DNA from: an uncultured Mycoplasmatota bacterium
GTDB lineage: Bacteria > Bacillota_I > Bacilli_A > RF39 > UBA660
DNA: 38,579 nt
Direction: 5' to 3'
Assembly: GCA_946494015.1 (NCBI GenBank)
Contig: CAMMBL010000004.1
Span: forward strand, 1 to 38,579
Both the position numbers and the translations under genes were made by a program. The notes under the pieces were generated by a model. That model was not told where the DNA came from. It was given only the letters and a program-made list of their open reading frames with translations, and searched no databases. This document shows, piece after piece, positions 37,634 to 38,579 of this stretch (the stretch's first letter is position 1; each line of letters starts with the position of its first letter).

Positions 37634-38434
37634 ATGAATAATAATGATACTAATCAAAAAAATAATACTAATAATACAACTCAAGAAACACCAACAGTTA
37701 TTAAACCACAAGTAGTTAATATAGAACAGCAACCTCAAGAGGTTGAACAAGTAAAAACTACAGATACTAATACATCTAATAATACAACGGTTAATAATAA
37801 TCCTAATTCCAATTCTACTGCTAATAATACTACTACTAATAATATTCCTACTTCAGTACAACCAGAAGGAAATAAAGATAAAAGTACCAAAAAAGGATAT
37901 CCCGTTTTTTTAATCGTATTAATGATATTATTATTTGCTTTTGTTTTCTTTTTACCTAATATAACAGATCTAGTTAATGAATATAAAAGCCAAAAAGAGA
38001 ATGAAAATGCTTTAAAAAGTGGAAAAATGGTATGTACAATAAGTAATTCTAGTGATACTACCAATTTAACATATTCATTAGAATTTGATTATACTAAGTA
38101 CAAATTAAAGAAAAGTCAAATAACTACTACTAGTAGACTATCAGATACAGCCATAGATACTAGTCCTTTAACTGAAAGACAAGATTCTTGTTTATTATTA
38201 AAAGAAGTATTAGATAGTAATGATATTGGAATGAGTGCTAGCTGTAGTGTTAGTGCTACAGTACAAACAACTATTCAACAAATAGATTATAAAAAATTAG
38301 ATTTAGATTTCATATCAGATAATATCGCTGAGTTTGAAGGCTTTTATCCAGAATATGAACTTAATCAAAATGTTAGAGCAATTGAAAAAAGTCTTACAAA
38401 TAGTGGTTATAAATGTCAAAAGACAGAAAAATAA
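37634..38434 (+). CDS. Hypothetical single-pass membrane protein with N/T-rich N-terminus and four-Cys ectodomain
   Basis: About 85 aa low-complexity segment, TM helix, then domain with 4 Cys. GAGGGG RBS; TGATATAAT upstream. Confidence 0.72.
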   Translation: MNNNDTNQKNNTNNTTQETPTVIKPQVVNIEQQPQEVEQVKTTDTNTSNNTTVNNNPNSNSTANNTTTNNIPTSVQPEGNKDKSTKKGYPVFLIVLMILLFAFVFFLPNITDLVNEYKSQKENENALKSGKMVCTISNSSDTTNLTYSLEFDYTKYKLKKSQITTTSRLSDTAIDTSPLTERQDSCLLLKEVLDSNDIGMSASCSVSATVQTTIQQIDYKKLDLDFISDNIAEFEGFYPEYELNQNVRAIEKSLTNSGYKCQKTEK

Positions 38435-38438
38435 TTCT

Positions 38439-38470
38439 AAGATAAAAGAAGTTAACTTTTATCTTTTTTT
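38439..38470 (+). terminator. Intrinsic terminator
   Basis: AAGATAAAAG-aagttaa-CTTTTATCTT followed by T-run. Confidence 0.75.
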
Positions 38471-38579
38471 ATTGAATTATTCACTTCTATAAACTAATAT
38501 TAATCTAACAAAACTTGAAAATAATGTGACTATTTAAACAAAATGTCCGGTTTTTAAATTTCATTTACAAAACAAAATG

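Noticed and set aside
37735-38064. 109-aa hydrophobic minus-strand ORF
   Set aside because: Antisense translation of an N/T-rich tract naturally gives L/V runs.

Overview
Very AT-rich (roughly a quarter G+C by eye) chromosomal segment of a low-GC Bacillota bacterium using genetic code 11. The Bacilli-type genes and compact layout suggest a reduced, uncultured gut Bacilli lineage such as RF39; this is inference only. Most of the window is housekeeping: ftsY, ylxM, ffh, fmt, rpoZ, recX, prsA, hit, sufCDSUB, a short ssb, pdp, ltaS, rluB, ferredoxin and rlmN-stp-pknB-rsgA-rpe. The most interesting signal is at the left edge. An ORF missing from the track (2..157) is the C-terminus of a large serine recombinase. 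It converges on a ytlD-like ABC permease that stops about 55-60 residues early, right at its conserved 'G.I.GEFL' segment. An integrative element therefore appears to have split the last gene of a ytlA-ytlC-ytlD operon, which is sporulation (SigK)-linked in Bacillus subtilis. This makes it a candidate skin-like gene-interrupting element. The window also holds other mother-cell-type genes: a CotD-like coat protein and two unannotated tandem YjcZ/SscA-family peptides, with similar SigK-like promoters. Other features of note are a HerA/DUF87 ATPase next to a membrane-anchored protein with ADP-ribosyltransferase-like motifs, lying between ylxM and ffh; a stalkless Cys-Gln thioester adhesin paired with a sortase; a 310-bp internally deleted IS3-family element inserted in the loop of a terminator hairpin; and an LtaS with Ser at the catalytic Thr position. 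No rRNA, tRNA or CRISPR array was seen.
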